Source: the human T2T-CHM13v2.0 reference genome, Homo sapiens. From it: a stretch of DNA of 64,000 bases. The translations under genes were made by a program, and so were the position numbers. The stretch is from NCBI RefSeq assembly GCF_009914755.1, contig NC_060931.1; one strand, 5' to 3'. Below, in pieces: positions 27,101 through 41,400 of the stretch. How positions within the stretch are numbered: position 1 is the stretch's first letter; every line of letters begins with the position of its first letter. The notes beneath the pieces were generated by a model that ran no database searches, was not told the DNA's origin, and saw nothing but the letters and a program-made list of their open reading frames with translations.

Positions 27101-30100
27101 TGGATATATGGACCGCATTGAGGCCTTCGTTGGAAACGGGATTTCTTCATTTCATGCTAGACAGAAGAATTCTCAGTAACTTCTTTGTGCTGTGTGTATT
27201 CAACTCACAGAGTGGAACGTCCCTTTACACAGAGCAGATTTGAAACACTCTTTTTGTGGAGTTTGCAAGTGGAGATTTCAAGCGATTTGATGCCAACAGT
27301 AGAAAAGGAATTATCTTCAAATAAAAACTAGACAGAATCATTCTCAGAAACTACTTTGTGATGTGTGCCTTCAACTCACAGAGTTTAACCTTTCTTTTCT
27401 TAGAGCAGTTTAGAAACACTCTGCTTGTTACGTCTGCAAGTGGATATTTGGACCTCTTTGAGGCCTTCGTTGCAAACGGGGTTTCTTCCTTTCATGCTAG
27501 ACTAAGAAGAGTTCTCAGTAACTTTTTTGTGTTGTGTGTATTCAACTCACAGAGTTGAACCTTGCTTTAGAGAGAGCAGATTTGAAACACTCTTGCTGTG
27601 GCATTTTCAGGTGGAGATTTCAAGCGATTTGAGGACAATTGCAGAAAAGGAAATATCTTCGTATAATAACCAGACAGAATCATTCTCAGAAAGTGCTTTG
27701 TGATGTGTGCGTTCAACTCACAGAGTTTAACCTTTCTTTTCATAGAGGAGTTTGGAAGCACACTGTTTGTAAAGTCTGCAAGTGGATATATGGACCTGTT
27801 TGAGGCCTTCGTTGGAAACGGGATTTCTTCATTGAATGCTAGACGGAAGAATTCTCAGTAAATTCTTTGTGTTGTGTGCATTCAACTCACAGAGTGGAAC
27901 GTCCCTTTAGACAGAGCAGATTTGAAACACTCTTTTTGCGGAATTTGCAAGTGGAGATTTCTAGCCATTTGATGCCAACAGTAGAAAGGGAAATATCTTC
28001 AAATAAAAAACAGACAGAATCATTCTCAGAAAATTCTTTGTGATGTGTGCGTTCAACTCACATAGTTTAACCTTTCTTTTCATAGAGCAGTTTGGAAACA
28101 CTCTGTTTGTAAAGTCTGCAAGTGGATATATGGACCGCATTGAGGCCTTCGTTGGAAACGGGATTTCTTCATTTCATGCTAGACAGAAGAATTCTCAGTA
28201 ACTTCTTTGTGCTGTGTGTATTCAACTCACAGAGTGGAACGTCCCTTTGCACAGAGCAGATTTGAAACACTCTTTTTGTGGAGTTTGCCAGTGGAGATTT
28301 CAAGCGATTTGATGTCTACAGTAGAAAAGGAAATATCTTCAAATAAAAACTAGACAGAATCATTCTCAGAAACTACTTTGTTATGTGTGCCTTCAACTCA
28401 CAGAGTTTAACCTTTCTTTTCTTAGAGCAGTTTAGAAACACTCTGCTTGTTATGTCTGCAAGTGGATATTTGGACCTCTTTGAGGCCTTCGTTGCAAACG
28501 GGGTTTCTTCCTTTCATGCTAGACTAAGAAGAGTTCTCAGTAACTTTTTTGTGTTGTGTGTATTCAACTCACAGAGTTGAACCTTGCTTTAGAGAGAGCA
28601 GATTTGAAACACTCTTGCTGTGGCATTTTCAGGTGGAGATTTCAAGCGATTTGAGGACAATTGCAGAAAAGGAAATATCTTCGTATAATAACCAGACAGA
28701 ATCATTCTCAGAAAGTGCTTTGTGATGTGTGCGTTCAACTCACAGAGTTTAACCTTTCTTTTCATAGAGGAGTTTGGAAACACACTGTTTGTAAAGTCTG
28801 CAAGTGGATATATGGACCTGTTTGAGGCCTTCGTTGGAAACGGGATTTCTTCATTGAATGCTAGACGGAAGAATTCTCAGTAAATTCTTTGTGTTGTGTG
28901 CATTCAACTCACAGAGTGGAACGTCCCTTTAGACAGAGCAGATTTGAAACACTCTTTTTGCGGAATTTGCAAGTGGAGATTTCTAGCCATTTGATGCCAA
29001 CAGTAGAAAGGGAAATATCTTCAAATAAAAACCAGACAGAATCATTCTCAGAAAATTCTTTGTGATGTGTGCGTTCAACTCACATAGTTTAACCTTTCTT
29101 TTCATAGAGCAGTTTGGAAACACTCTGTTTGTAAAGTCTGCAAGTGGATATATGGACCGCATTGAGGCCTTCGTTGGAAACGGGATTTCTTCATTTCATG
29201 CTAGACAGAAGAATTCTCAGTAACTTCTTTGTGCTGTGTGTATTCAACTCACAGAGTGGAACGTCCCTTTGCACAGAGCAGATTTGAAACACTCTTTTTG
29301 TGGAGTTTGCAAGTGGAGATTTCAAGCGATTTGATGCCAACAGTAGAAAAGGAAATATCTTCAAATAAAAACTAGACAGAATCATTCTCAGAAACTACTT
29401 TGTGATGTGTGCCTTCAACTCACAGAGTTCAACCTTTCTTTTCTTAGAGCAGTTTAGAAACACTCTGCTTGTTATGTCTGCAAGTGGATATTTGGACCTC
29501 TTTGAGGCCTTCGTTGCAAACGGGGTTTCTTCCTTTCATGCTAGACTAAGAAGAGTTCTCAGTAACTTTTTTGTGTTGTGTGTATTCAACTCACAGAGTT
29601 GAACCTTGCTTTAGAGAGAGCAGATTTGAAACACTCTTGCTGTGGCATTTTCAGGTGGAGATTTCAAGCGATTTGAGGACAATTGCAGAAAAGGAAATAT
29701 CTTCGTATAATAACCAGACAGAATCATTCTCAGAAAGTGCTTTGTGATGTGTGCGTTCAACTCACAGAGTTTAACCTTTCTTTTCATAGAGGAGTTTGGA
29801 AACACACTGTTTGTAAAGTCTGCAAGTGGATATATGGACCTGTTTGAGGCCTTCGTTGGAAACGGGATTTCTTCATTGAATGCTAGACGGAAGAATTCTC
29901 AGTAAATTCTTTGTGTTGTGTGCATTCAACTCACAGAGTGGAACGTCCCTTTAGACAGAGCAGATTTGAAACACTCTTTTTGCGGAATTTGCAAGTGGAG
30001 ATTTCTAGCCATTTGATGCCAACAGTAGAAAGGGAAATATCTTCAAATAAAAACCAGACAGAATCATTCTCAGAAAATTCTTTGTGATGTGTGCGTTCAA

Positions 30101-31766
30101 CTCACATAGTTTAACCTTTCTTTTCATAGAGCAGTTTGGAAACACTCTGTTTGTAAAGTCTGCAAGTGGATATATGGACCGCATTGAGGCCTTCGTTGGA
30201 AACGGGATTTCTTCATTTCATGCTAGACAGAAGAATTCTCAGTAACTTCTTTGTGCTGTGTGTATTCAACTCACAGAGTGGAACGTCCCTTTGCACAGAG
30301 CAGATTTGAAACACTCTTTTTGTGGAGTTTGCCAGTGGAGATTTCAAGCGATTTGATGCCAACAGTAGAAAAGGAAATATCTTCAAATAAAAACTAGACA
30401 GAATCATTCTCAGAAACTACTTTGTGATGTGTGCCTTCAACTCACAGAGTTCAACCTTTCTTTTCTTAGAGCAGTTTAGAAACACTCTGCTTGTTATGTC
30501 TGCAAGTGGATATTTGGACCTCTTTGAGGCCTTCGTTGCAAACGGGGTTTCTTCCTTTCATGCTAGACTAAGAAGAGTTCTCAGTAACTTTTTTGTGTTG
30601 TGTGTATTCAACTCACAGAGTTGAACCTTGCTTTAGAGAGAGCAGATTTGAAACACTCTTGTTGTGGCATTTTCAGGTGGAGATTTCAAGCGATTTGAGG
30701 ACAATTGCAGAAAAGGAAATATCTTCGTATAATAACCAGACAGAATCATTCTCAGAAAGTGCTTTGTGATGTGTGCGTTCAACTCACAGAGTTTAACCTT
30801 TCTTTTCATAGAGGAGTTTGGAAACACACTGTTTGTAAAGTCTGCAAGTGGATACATGGACCTGTTTGAGGCCTTCGTTGGAAACGGGATTTCTTCATTG
30901 AATGCTAGACGGAAGAATTCTCAGTAAATTCTTTGTGTTGTGTGCATTCAACTCACAGAGTGGAACGTCCCTTTAGACAGAGCAGATTTGAAACACTCTT
31001 TTTGCGGAATTTGCAAGTGGAGATTTCTAGCCATTTGATGCCAACAGTAGAAAGGGAAATATCTTCAAATAAAAACCAGACAGAATCATTCTCAGAAAAT
31101 TCTTTGTGATGTGTGCGTTCAACTCACATAGTTTAACCTTTCTTTTCATAGAGCAGTTTGGAAACACTCTGTTTGTAAAGTCTGCAAGTGGATATATGGA
31201 CCGCATTGAGGCCTTCGTTGGAAACGGGATTTCTTCATTTCATGCTAGACAGAAGAATTCTCAGTAACTTCTTTGTGCTGTGTGTATTCAACTCACAGAG
31301 TGGAACGTCCCTTTGCACAGAGCAGATTTGAAACACTCTTTTTGTGGAGTTTGCAAGTGGAGATTTCAAGCGATTTGATGCCAACAGTAGAAAAGGAAAT
31401 ATCTTCAAATAAAAACTAGACAGAATCATTCTCAGAAACTACTTTGTGATGTGTGCCTTCAACTCAGAGTTCAACCTTTCTTTTCTTAGAGCAGTTTAGA
31501 AACACTCTGCTTGTTATGTCTGCAAGTGGATATTTGGACCTCTTTGAGGCCTTCGTTGCAAACGGGGTTTCTTCCTTTCATGCTAGACTAAGAAGAGTTC
31601 TCAGTAACTTTTTTGTGTTGTGTGTATTCAACTCACAGAGTTGAACCTTGCTTTAGAGAGAGCAGATTTGAAACACTCTTGCTGTGGCATTTTCAGGTGG
31701 AGATTTCAAGCGATTTGAGGACAATTGCAGAAAAGGAAATATCTTCGTATAATAACCAGACAGAAT

Positions 31767-32448
31767 CATTCTCAGAAAGTGCTTTGTGATGTGTGCGTTC
31801 AACTCACATAGTTTAACCTTTCTTTTCATAGAGCAGTTTGGAAACACTCTGTTTGTAAAGTCTGCAATTGGATATATGGACCGCATTGAGGCCTTCGTTG
31901 GAAACGGGATTTCTTCATTTCATGCTAGACAGAAGAATTCTCAGTAACTTCTTTGTGCTGTGTGTATTCAACTCACAGAGTGGAACGTCCCTTTGCACAG
32001 AGCAGATTTGAAACACTCTTTTTGTGGAGTTTGCAAGTGGAGATTTCAAGCGATTTGATGCCTACAGTAGAAAAGGAAATATCTTCAAATAAAAACTAGA
32101 CAGAATCATTCTCAGAAACTACTTTGTGATGTGTGCCTTCAACTCACAGAGTTTAACCTTTCTTTTCTTAGAGCAGTTTAGAAACACTCTGCTTGTTATG
32201 TCTGCAAGTGGATATTTGGACCTCTTTGAGGCCTTCGTTGCAAACGGGGTTTCTTCCTTTCATGCTAGACTAAGAAGAGTTCTCAGTAACTTTTTTGTGT
32301 TGTGTGTATTCAACTCACAGAGTTGAACCTTGCTTTAGAGAGAGCAGATTTGAAACACTCTTGCTGTGGCATTTTCAGGTGGAGATTTCAAGCGATTTGA
32401 GGACAATTGCAGAAAAGGAAATATCTTCGTATAATAACCAGACAGAAT
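31767..32448 (+). repeat. Structural-variant HOR: 682-bp tetramer (hybrid m1/m3, m4, m5, m6)
   Basis: The unit starts with the m1 signature GAAAGTGC but continues with m3 signatures (CACATAG, GAGCAG, CACTCTG, GACCGCATT). The next m1 starts at 32449. The ORF-track period drops by 340 bp here and a unique 77-aa chimeric ORF appears. Confidence 0.96.
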
Positions 32449-35400
32449 CATTCTCAGAAAGTGCTTTGTGATGTGTGCGTTCAACTCACAGAGTTTAACC
32501 TTTCTTTTCATAGAGGAGTTTGGAAACACACTGTTTGTAAAGTCTGCAAGTGGATATATGGACCTGTTTGAGGCCTTCGTTGGAAACGGGATTTCTTCAT
32601 TGAATGCTAGACGGAAGAATTCTCAGTAAATTCTTTGTGTTGTGTGCATTCAACTCACAGAGTGGAACGTCCCTTTAGACAGAGCAGATTTGAAACACTC
32701 TTTTTGCGGAATTTGCAAGTGGAGATTTCTAGCCATTTGATGCCAACAGTAGAAAGGGAAATATCTTCAAATAAAAACCAGACAGAATCATTCTCAGAAA
32801 ATTCTTTGTGATGTGTGCGTTCAACTCACATAGTTTAACCTTTCTTTTCATAGAGCAGTTTGGAAACACTCTGTTTGTAAAGTCTGCAAGTGGATATATG
32901 GACCGCATTGAGGCCTTCGTTGGAAACGGGATTTCTTCATTTCATGCTAGACAGAAGAATTCTCAGTAACTTCTTTGTGCTGTGTGTATTCAACTCACAG
33001 AGTGGAACGTCCCTTTGCACAGAGCAGATTTGAAACACTCTTTTTGTGGAGTTTGCAAGTGGAGATTTCAAGCGATTTGATGCCTACAGTAGAAAAGGAA
33101 ATATCTTCAAATAAAAACTAGACAGAATCATTCTCAGAAACTACTTTGTGATGTGTGCCTTCAACTCACAGAGTTTAACCTTTCTTTTCTTAGAGCAGTT
33201 TAGAAACACTCTGCTTGTTATGTCTGCAAGTGGATATTTGGACCTCTTTGAGGCCTTCGTTGCAAACGGGGTTTCTTCCTTTCATGCTAGACTAAGAAGA
33301 GTTCTCAGTAACTTTTTTGTGTTGTGTGTATTCAACTCACAGAGTTGAACCTTGCTTTAGAGAGAGCAGATTTGAAACACTCTTGCTGTGGCATTTTCAG
33401 GTGGAGATTTCAAGCGATTTGAGGACAATTGCAGAAAAGGAAATATCTTCGTATAATAACCAGACAGAATCATTCTCAGAAAGTGCTTTGTGATGTGTGC
33501 GTTCAACTCACAGAGTTTAACCTTTCTTTTCATAGAGGAGTTTGGAAACACACTGTTTGTAAAGTCTGCAAGTGGATATATGGACCTGTTTGAGGCCTTC
33601 GTTGGAAACGGGATTTCTTCATTGAATGCTAGACGGAAGAATTCTCAGTAAATTCTTTGTGTTGTGTGCATTCAACTCACAGAGTGGAACGTCCCTTTAG
33701 ACAGAGCAGATTTGAAACACTCTTTTTGCGGAATTTGCAAGTGGAGATTTCTAGCCATTTGATGCCAACAGTAGAAAGGGAAATATCTTCAAATAAAAAC
33801 CAGACAGAATCATTCTCAGAAAATTCTTTGTGATGTGTGCGTTCAACTCACATAGTTTAACCTTTCTTTTCATAGAGCAGTTTGGAAACACTCTGTTTGT
33901 AAAGTCTGCAAGTGGATATATGGACCGCATTGAGGCCTTCGTTGGAAACGGGATTTCTTCATTTCATGCTAGACAGAAGAATTCTCAGTAACTTCTTTGT
34001 GCTGTGTGTATTCAACTCACAGAGTGGAGCGTCCCTTTGCACAGAGCAGATTTGAAACACTCTTTTTGTGGAGTTTGCCAGTGGAGATTTCAAGCGATTT
34101 GATGCCAACAGTAGAAAAGGAAATATCTTCAAATAAAAACTAGACAGAATCATTCTCAGAAACTACTTTGTGATGTGTGCCTTCAACTCACAGAGTTCAA
34201 CCTTTCTTTTCTTAGAGCAGTTTAGAAACACTCTGCTTGTTATGTCTGCAAGTGGATATTTGGACCTCTTTGAGGCCTTCGTTGCAAACGGGGTTTCTTC
34301 CTTTCATGCTAGACTAAGAAGAGTTCTCAGTAACTTTTTTGTGTTGTGTGTATTCAACTCACAGAGTTGAACCTTGCTTTAGAGAGAGCAGATTTGAAAC
34401 ACTCTTGTTGTGGCATTTTCAGGTGGAGATTTCAAGCGATTTGAGGACAATTGCAGAAAAGGAAATATCTTCGTATAATAACCAGACAGAATCATTCTCA
34501 GAAAGTGCTTTGTGATGTGTGCGTTCAACTCACAGAGTTTAACCTTTCTTTTCATAGAGGAGTTTGGAAACACACTGTTTGTAAAGTCTGCAAGTGGATA
34601 CATGGACCTGTTTGAGGCCTTCGTTGGAAACGGGATTTCTTCATTGAATGCTAGACGGAAGAATTCTCAGTAAATTCTTTGTGTTGTGTGCATTCAACTC
34701 ACAGAGTGGAACGTCCCTTTAGACAGAGCAGATTTGAAACACTCTTTTTGCGGAATTTGCAAGTGGAGATTTCTAGCCATTTGATGCCAACAGTAGAAAG
34801 GGAAATATCTTCAAATAAAAACCAGACAGAATCATTCTCAGAAAATTCTTTGTGATGTGTGCGTTCAACTCACATAGTTTAACCTTTCTTTTCATAGAGC
34901 AGTTTGGAAACACTCTGTTTGTAAAGTCTGCAAGTGGATATATGGACCGCATTGAGGCCTTCGTTGGAAACGGGATTTCTTCATTTCATGCTAGACAGAA
35001 GAATTCTCAGTAACTTCTTTGTGCTGTGTGTATTCAACTCACAGAGTGGAACGTCCCTTTACACAGAGCAGATTTGAAACACTCTTTTTGTGGAGTTTGC
35101 AAGTGGAGATTTCAAGCGATTTGATGCCAACAGTAGAAAAGGAATTATCTTCAAATAAAAACTAGACAGAATCATTCTCAGAAACTACTTTGTGATGTGT
35201 GCCTTCAACTCACAGAGTTTAACCTTTCTTTTCTTAGAGCAGTTTAGAAACACTCTGCTTGTTACGTCTGCAAGTGGATATTTGGACCTCTTTGAGGCCT
35301 TCGTTGCAAACGGGGTTTCTTCCTTTCATGCTAGACTAAGAAGAGTTCTCAGTAACTTTTTTGTGTTGTGTGTATTCAACTCACAGAGTTGAACCTTGCT

Positions 35401-38400
35401 TTAGAGAGAGCAGATTTGAAACACTCTTGCTGTGGCATTTTCAGGTGGAGATTTCAAGCGATTTGAGGACAATTGCAGAAAAGGAAATATCTTCGTATAA
35501 TAACCAGACAGAATCATTCTCAGAAAGTGCTTTGTGATGTGTGCGTTCAACTCACAGAGTTTAACCTTTCTTTTCATAGAGGAGTTTGGAAACACACTGT
35601 TTGTAAAGTCTGCAAGTGGATACATGGACCTGTTTGAGGCCTTCGTTGGAAACGGGATTTCTTCATTGAATGCTAGACGGAAGAATTCTCAGTAAATTCT
35701 TTGTGTTGTGTGCATTCAACTCACAGAGTGGAACGTCCCTTTAGACAGAGCAGATTTGAAACACTCTTTTTGCGGAATTTGCAAGTGGAGATTTCTAGCC
35801 ATTTGATGCCAACAGTAGAAAGGGAAATATCTTCAAATAAAAAACAGACAGAATCATTCTCAGAAAATTCTTTGTGATGTGTGCGTTCAACTCACATAGT
35901 TTAACCTTTCTTTTCATAGAGCAGTTTGGAAACACTCTGTTTGTAAAGTCTGCAAGTGGATATATGGACCGCATTGAGGCCTTCGTTGGAAACGGGATTT
36001 CTTCATTTCATGCTAGACAGAAGAATTCTCAGTAACTTCTTTGTGCTGTGTGTATTCAACTCACAGAGTGGAACGTCCCTTTGCACAGAGCAGATTTGAA
36101 ACACTCTTTTTGTGGAGTTTGCAAGTGGAGATTTCAAGCGATTTGATGCCTACAGTAGAAAAGGAAATATCTTCAAATAAAAACTAGACAGAATCATTCT
36201 CAGAAACTACTTTGTGATGTGTGCCTTCAACTCACAGAGTTTAACCTTTCTTTTCTTAGAGCAGTTTAGAAACACTCTGCTTGTTATGTCTGCAAGTGGA
36301 TATTTGGACCTCTTTGAGGCCTTCGTTGCAAACGGGGTTTCTTCCTTTCATGCTAGACTAAGAAGAGTTCTCAGTAACTTTTTTGTGTTGTGTGTATTCA
36401 ACTCACAGAGTTGAACCTTGCTTTAGAGAGAGCAGATTTGAAACACTCTTGCTGTGGCATTTTCAGGTGGAGATTTCAAGCGATTTGAGGACAATTGCAG
36501 AAAAGGAAATATCTTCGTATAATAACCAGACAGAATCATTCTCAGAAAGTGCTTTGTGATGTGTGCGTTCAACTCACAGAGTTTAACCTTTCTTTTCATA
36601 GAGGAGTTTGGAAACACACTGTTTGTAAAGTCTGCAAGTGGATATATGGACCTGTTTGAGGCCTTCGTTGGAAACGGGATTTCTTCATTGAATGCTAGAC
36701 GGAAGAATTCTCAGTAAATTCTTTGTGTTGTGTGCATTCAACTCACAGAGTGGAACGTCCCTTTAGACAGAGCAGATTTGAAACCCTCTTTTTGCGGAAT
36801 TTGCAAGTGGAGATTTCTAGCCATTTGATGCCAACAGTAGAAAGGGAAATATCTTCAAATAAAAACCAGACAGAATCATTCTCAGAAAATTCTTTGTGAT
36901 GTGTGCGTTCAACTCACATAGTTTAACCTTTCTTTTCATAGAGCAGTTTGGAAACACTCTGTTTGTAAAGTCTGCAAGTGGATATATGGACCGCATTGAG
37001 GCCTTCGTTGGAAACGGGATTTCTTCATTTCATGCTAGACAGAAGAATTCTCAGTAACTTCTTTGTGCTGTGTGTATTCAACTCACAGAGTGGAACGTCC
37101 CTTTGCACAGAGCAGATTTGAAACACTCTTTTTGTGGAGTTTGCAAGTGGAGATTTCAAGCGATTTGATGCCAACAGTAGAAAAGGAAATATCTTCAAAT
37201 AAAAACTAGACAGAATCATTCTCAGAAACTACTTTGTGATGTGTGCCTTCAACTCACAGAGTTTAACCTTTCTTTTCTTAGAGCAGTTTAGAAACACTCT
37301 GCTTGTTACGTCTGCAAGGGGATATTTGGACCTCTTTGAGGCCTTCGTTGCAAACGGGGTTTCTTCCTTTCATGCTAGACTAAGAAGAGTTCTCAGTAAC
37401 TTTTTTGTGTTGTGTGTATTCAACTCACAGAGTTGAACCTTGCTTTAGAGAGAGCAGATTTGAAACACTCTTGCTGTGGCATTTTCAGGTGGAGATTTCA
37501 AGCGATTTGAGGACAATTGCAGAAAAGGAAATATCTTCGTATAATAACCAGACAGAATCATTCTCAGAAAGTGCTTTGTGATGTGTGCGTTCAACTCACA
37601 GAGTTTAACCTTTCTTTTCATAGAGGAGTTTGGAAACACACTGTTTGTAAAGTCTGCAAGTGGATATATGGACCTGTTTGAGGCCTTCGTTGGAAACGGG
37701 ATTTCTTCATTGAATGCTAGACGGAAGAATTCTCAGTAAATTCTTTGTGTTGTGTGCATTCAACTCACAGAGTGGAACGTCCCTTTAGACAGAGCAGATT
37801 TGAAACACTCTTTTTGCGGAATTTGCAAGTGGAGATTTCTAGCCATTTGATGCCAACAGTAGAAAGGGAAATATCTTCAAATAAAAAACAGACAGAATCA
37901 TTCTCAGAAAATTCTTTGTGATGTGTGCGTTCAACTCACATAGTTTAACCTTTCTTTTCATAGAGCAGTTTGGAAACACTCTGTTTGTAAAGTCTGCAAG
38001 TGGATATATGGACCGCATTGAGGCCTTCGTTGGAAACGGGATTTCTTCATTTCATGCTAGACAGAAGAATTCTCAGTAACTTCTTTGTGCTGTGTGTATT
38101 CAACTCACAGAGTGGAACGTCCCTTTGCACAGAGCAGATTTGAAACACTCTTTTTGTGGAGTTTGCAAGTGGAGATTTCAAGCGATTTGATGCCTACAGT
38201 AGAAAAGGAAATATCTTCAAATAAAAACTAGACAGAATCATTCTCAGAAACTACTTTGTGATGTGTGCCTTCAACTCACAGAGTTTAACCTTTCTTTTCT
38301 TAGAGCAGTTTAGAAACACTCTGCTTGTTATGTCTGCAAGTGGATATTTGGACCTCTTTGAGGCCTTCGTTGCAAACGGGGTTTCTTCCTTTCATGCTAG

Positions 38401-41400
38401 ACTAAGAAGAGTTCTCAGTAACTTTTTTGTGTTGTGTGTATTCAACTCACAGAGTTGAACCTTGCTTTAGAGAGAGCAGATTTGAAACACTCTTGCTGTG
38501 GCATTTTCAGGTGGAGATTTCAAGCGATTTGAGGACAATTGCAGAAAAGGAAATATCTTCGTATAATAACCAGACAGAATCATTCTCAGAAAGTGCTTTG
38601 TGATGTGTGCGTTCAACTCACAGAGTTTAACCTTTCTTTTCATAGAGGAGTTTGGAAACACACTGTTTGTAAAGTCTGCAAGTGGATATATGGACCTGTT
38701 TGAGGCCTTCGTTGGAAACGGGATTTCTTCATTGAATGCTAGACGGAAGAATTCTCAGTAAATTCTTTGTGTTGTGTGCATTCAACTCACAGAGTGGAAC
38801 GTCCCTTTAGACAGAGCAGATTTGAAACACTCTTTTTGCGGAATTTGCAAGTGGAGATTTCTAGCCATTTGATGCCAACAGTAGAAAGGGAAATATCTTC
38901 AAATAAAAACCAGACAGAATCATTCTCAGAAAATTCTTTGTGATGTGTGCGTTCAACTCACATAGTTTAACCTTTCTTTTCATAGAGCAGTTTGGAAACA
39001 CTCTGTTTGTAAAGTCTGCAAGTGGATATATGGACCGCATTGAGGCCTTCGTTGGAAACGGGATTTCTTCATTTCATGCTAGACAGAAGAATTCTCAGTA
39101 ACTTCTTTGTGCTGTGTGTATTCAACTCACAGAGTGGAACGTCCCTTTGCACAGAGCAGATTTGAAACACTCTTTTTGTGGAGTTTGCAAGTGGAGATTT
39201 CAAGCGATTTGATGCCAACAGTAGAAAAGGAAATATCTTCAAATAAAAACTAGACAGAATCATTCTCAGAAACTACTTTGTGATGTGTGCCTTCAACTCA
39301 CAGAGTTCAACCTTTCTTTTCTTAGAGCAGTTTAGAAACACTCTGCTTGTTATGTCTGCAAGTGGATATTTGGACCTCTTTGAGGCCTTCGTTGCAAACG
39401 GGGTTTCTTCCTTTCATGCTAGACTAAGAAGAGTTCTCAGTAACTTTTTTGTGTTGTGTGTATTCAACTCACAGAGTTGAACCTTGCTTTAGAGAGAGCA
39501 GATTTGAAACACTCTTGCTGTGGCATTTTCAGGTGGAGATTTCAAGCGATTTGAGGACAATTGCAGAAAAGGAAATATCTTCGTATAATAACCAGACAGA
39601 ATCATTCTCAGAAAGTGCTTTGTGATGTGTGCGTTCAACTCACAGAGTTTAACCTTTCTTTTCATAGAGGAGTTTGGAAACACACTGTTTGTAAAGTCTG
39701 CAAGTGGATATATGGACCTGTTTGAGGCCTTCGTTGGAAACGGGATTTCTTCATTGAATGCTAGACGGAAGAATTCTCAGTAAATTCTTTGTGTTGTGTG
39801 CATTCAACTCACAGAGTGGAACGTCCCTTTAGACAGAGCAGATTTGAAACACTCTTTTTGCGGAATTTGCAAGTGGAGATTTCTAGCCATTTGATGCCAA
39901 CAGTAGAAAGGGAAATATCTTCAAATAAAAACCAGACAGAATCATTCTCAGAAAATTCTTTGTGATGTGTGCGTTCAACTCACATAGTTTAACCTTTCTT
40001 TTCATAGAGCAGTTTGGAAACACTCTGTTTGTAAAGTCTGCAAGTGGATATATGGACCGCATTGAGGCCTTCGTTGGAAACGGGATTTCTTCATTTCATG
40101 CTAGACAGAAGAATTCTCAGTAACTTCTTTGTGCTGTGTGTATTCAACTCACAGAGTGGAACGTCCCTTTGCACAGAGCAGATTTGAAACACTCTTTTTG
40201 TGGAGTTTGCAAGTGGAGATTTCAAGCGATTTGATGCCAACAGTAGAAAAGGAAATATCTTCAAATAAAAACTAGACAGAATCATTCTCAGAAACTACTT
40301 TGTGATGTGTGCCTTCAACTCACAGAGTTCAACCTTTCTTTTCTTAGAGCAGTTTAGAAACACTCTGCTTGTTATGTCTGCAAGTGGATATTTGGACCTC
40401 TTTGAGGCCTTCGTTGCAAACGGGGTTTCTTCCTTTCATGCTAGACTAAGAAGAGTTCTCAGTAACTTTTTTGTGTTGTGTGTATTCAACTCACAGAGTT
40501 GAACCTTGCTTTAGAGAGAGCAGATTTGAAACACTCTTGCTGTGGCATTTTCAGGTGGAGATTTCAAGCGATTTGAGGACAATTGCAGAAAAGGAAATAT
40601 CTTCGTATAATAACCAGACAGAATCATTCTCAGAAAGTGCTTTGTGATGTGTGCGTTCAACTCACAGAGTTTAACCTTTCTTTTCATAGAGGAGTTTGGA
40701 AACACACTGTTTGTAAAGTCTGCAAGTGGATATATGGACCTGTTTGAGGCCTTCGTTGGAAACGGGATTTCTTCATTGAATGCTAGACGGAAGAATTCTC
40801 AGTAAATTCTTTGTGTTGTGTGCATTCAACTCACAGAGTGGAACGTCCCTTTAGACAGAGCAGATTTGAAACACTCTTTTTGCGGAATTTGCAAGTGGAG
40901 ATTTCTAGCCATTTGATGCCAACAGTAGAAAGGGAAATATCTTCAAATAAAAACCAGACAGAATCATTCTCAGAAAATTCTTTGTGATGTGTGCGTTCAA
41001 CTCACATAGTTTAACCTTTCTTTTCATAGAGCAGTTTGGAAACACTCTGTTTGTAAAGTCTGCAAGTGGATATATGGACCGCATTGAGGTCTTCGTTGGA
41101 AACGGGATTTCTTCATTTCATGCTAGACAGAAGAATTCTCAGTAACTTCTTTGTGCTGTGTGTATTCAACTCACAGAGTGGAACGTCCCTTTGCACAGAG
41201 CAGATTTGAAACACTCTTTTTGTGGAGTTTGCAAGTGGAGATTTCAAGCGATTTGATGCCTACAGTAGAAAAGGAAATATCTTCAAATAAAAACTAGACA
41301 GAATCATTCTCAGAAACTACTTTGTGATGTGTGCCTTCAACTCACAGAGTTTAACCTTTCTTTTCTTAGAGCAGTTTAGAAACACTCTGCTTGTTATGTC

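Noticed and set aside
31653-31886. Unique 77-aa ORF
   Set aside because: It is a chimeric reading frame across the m1/m3 deletion junction.
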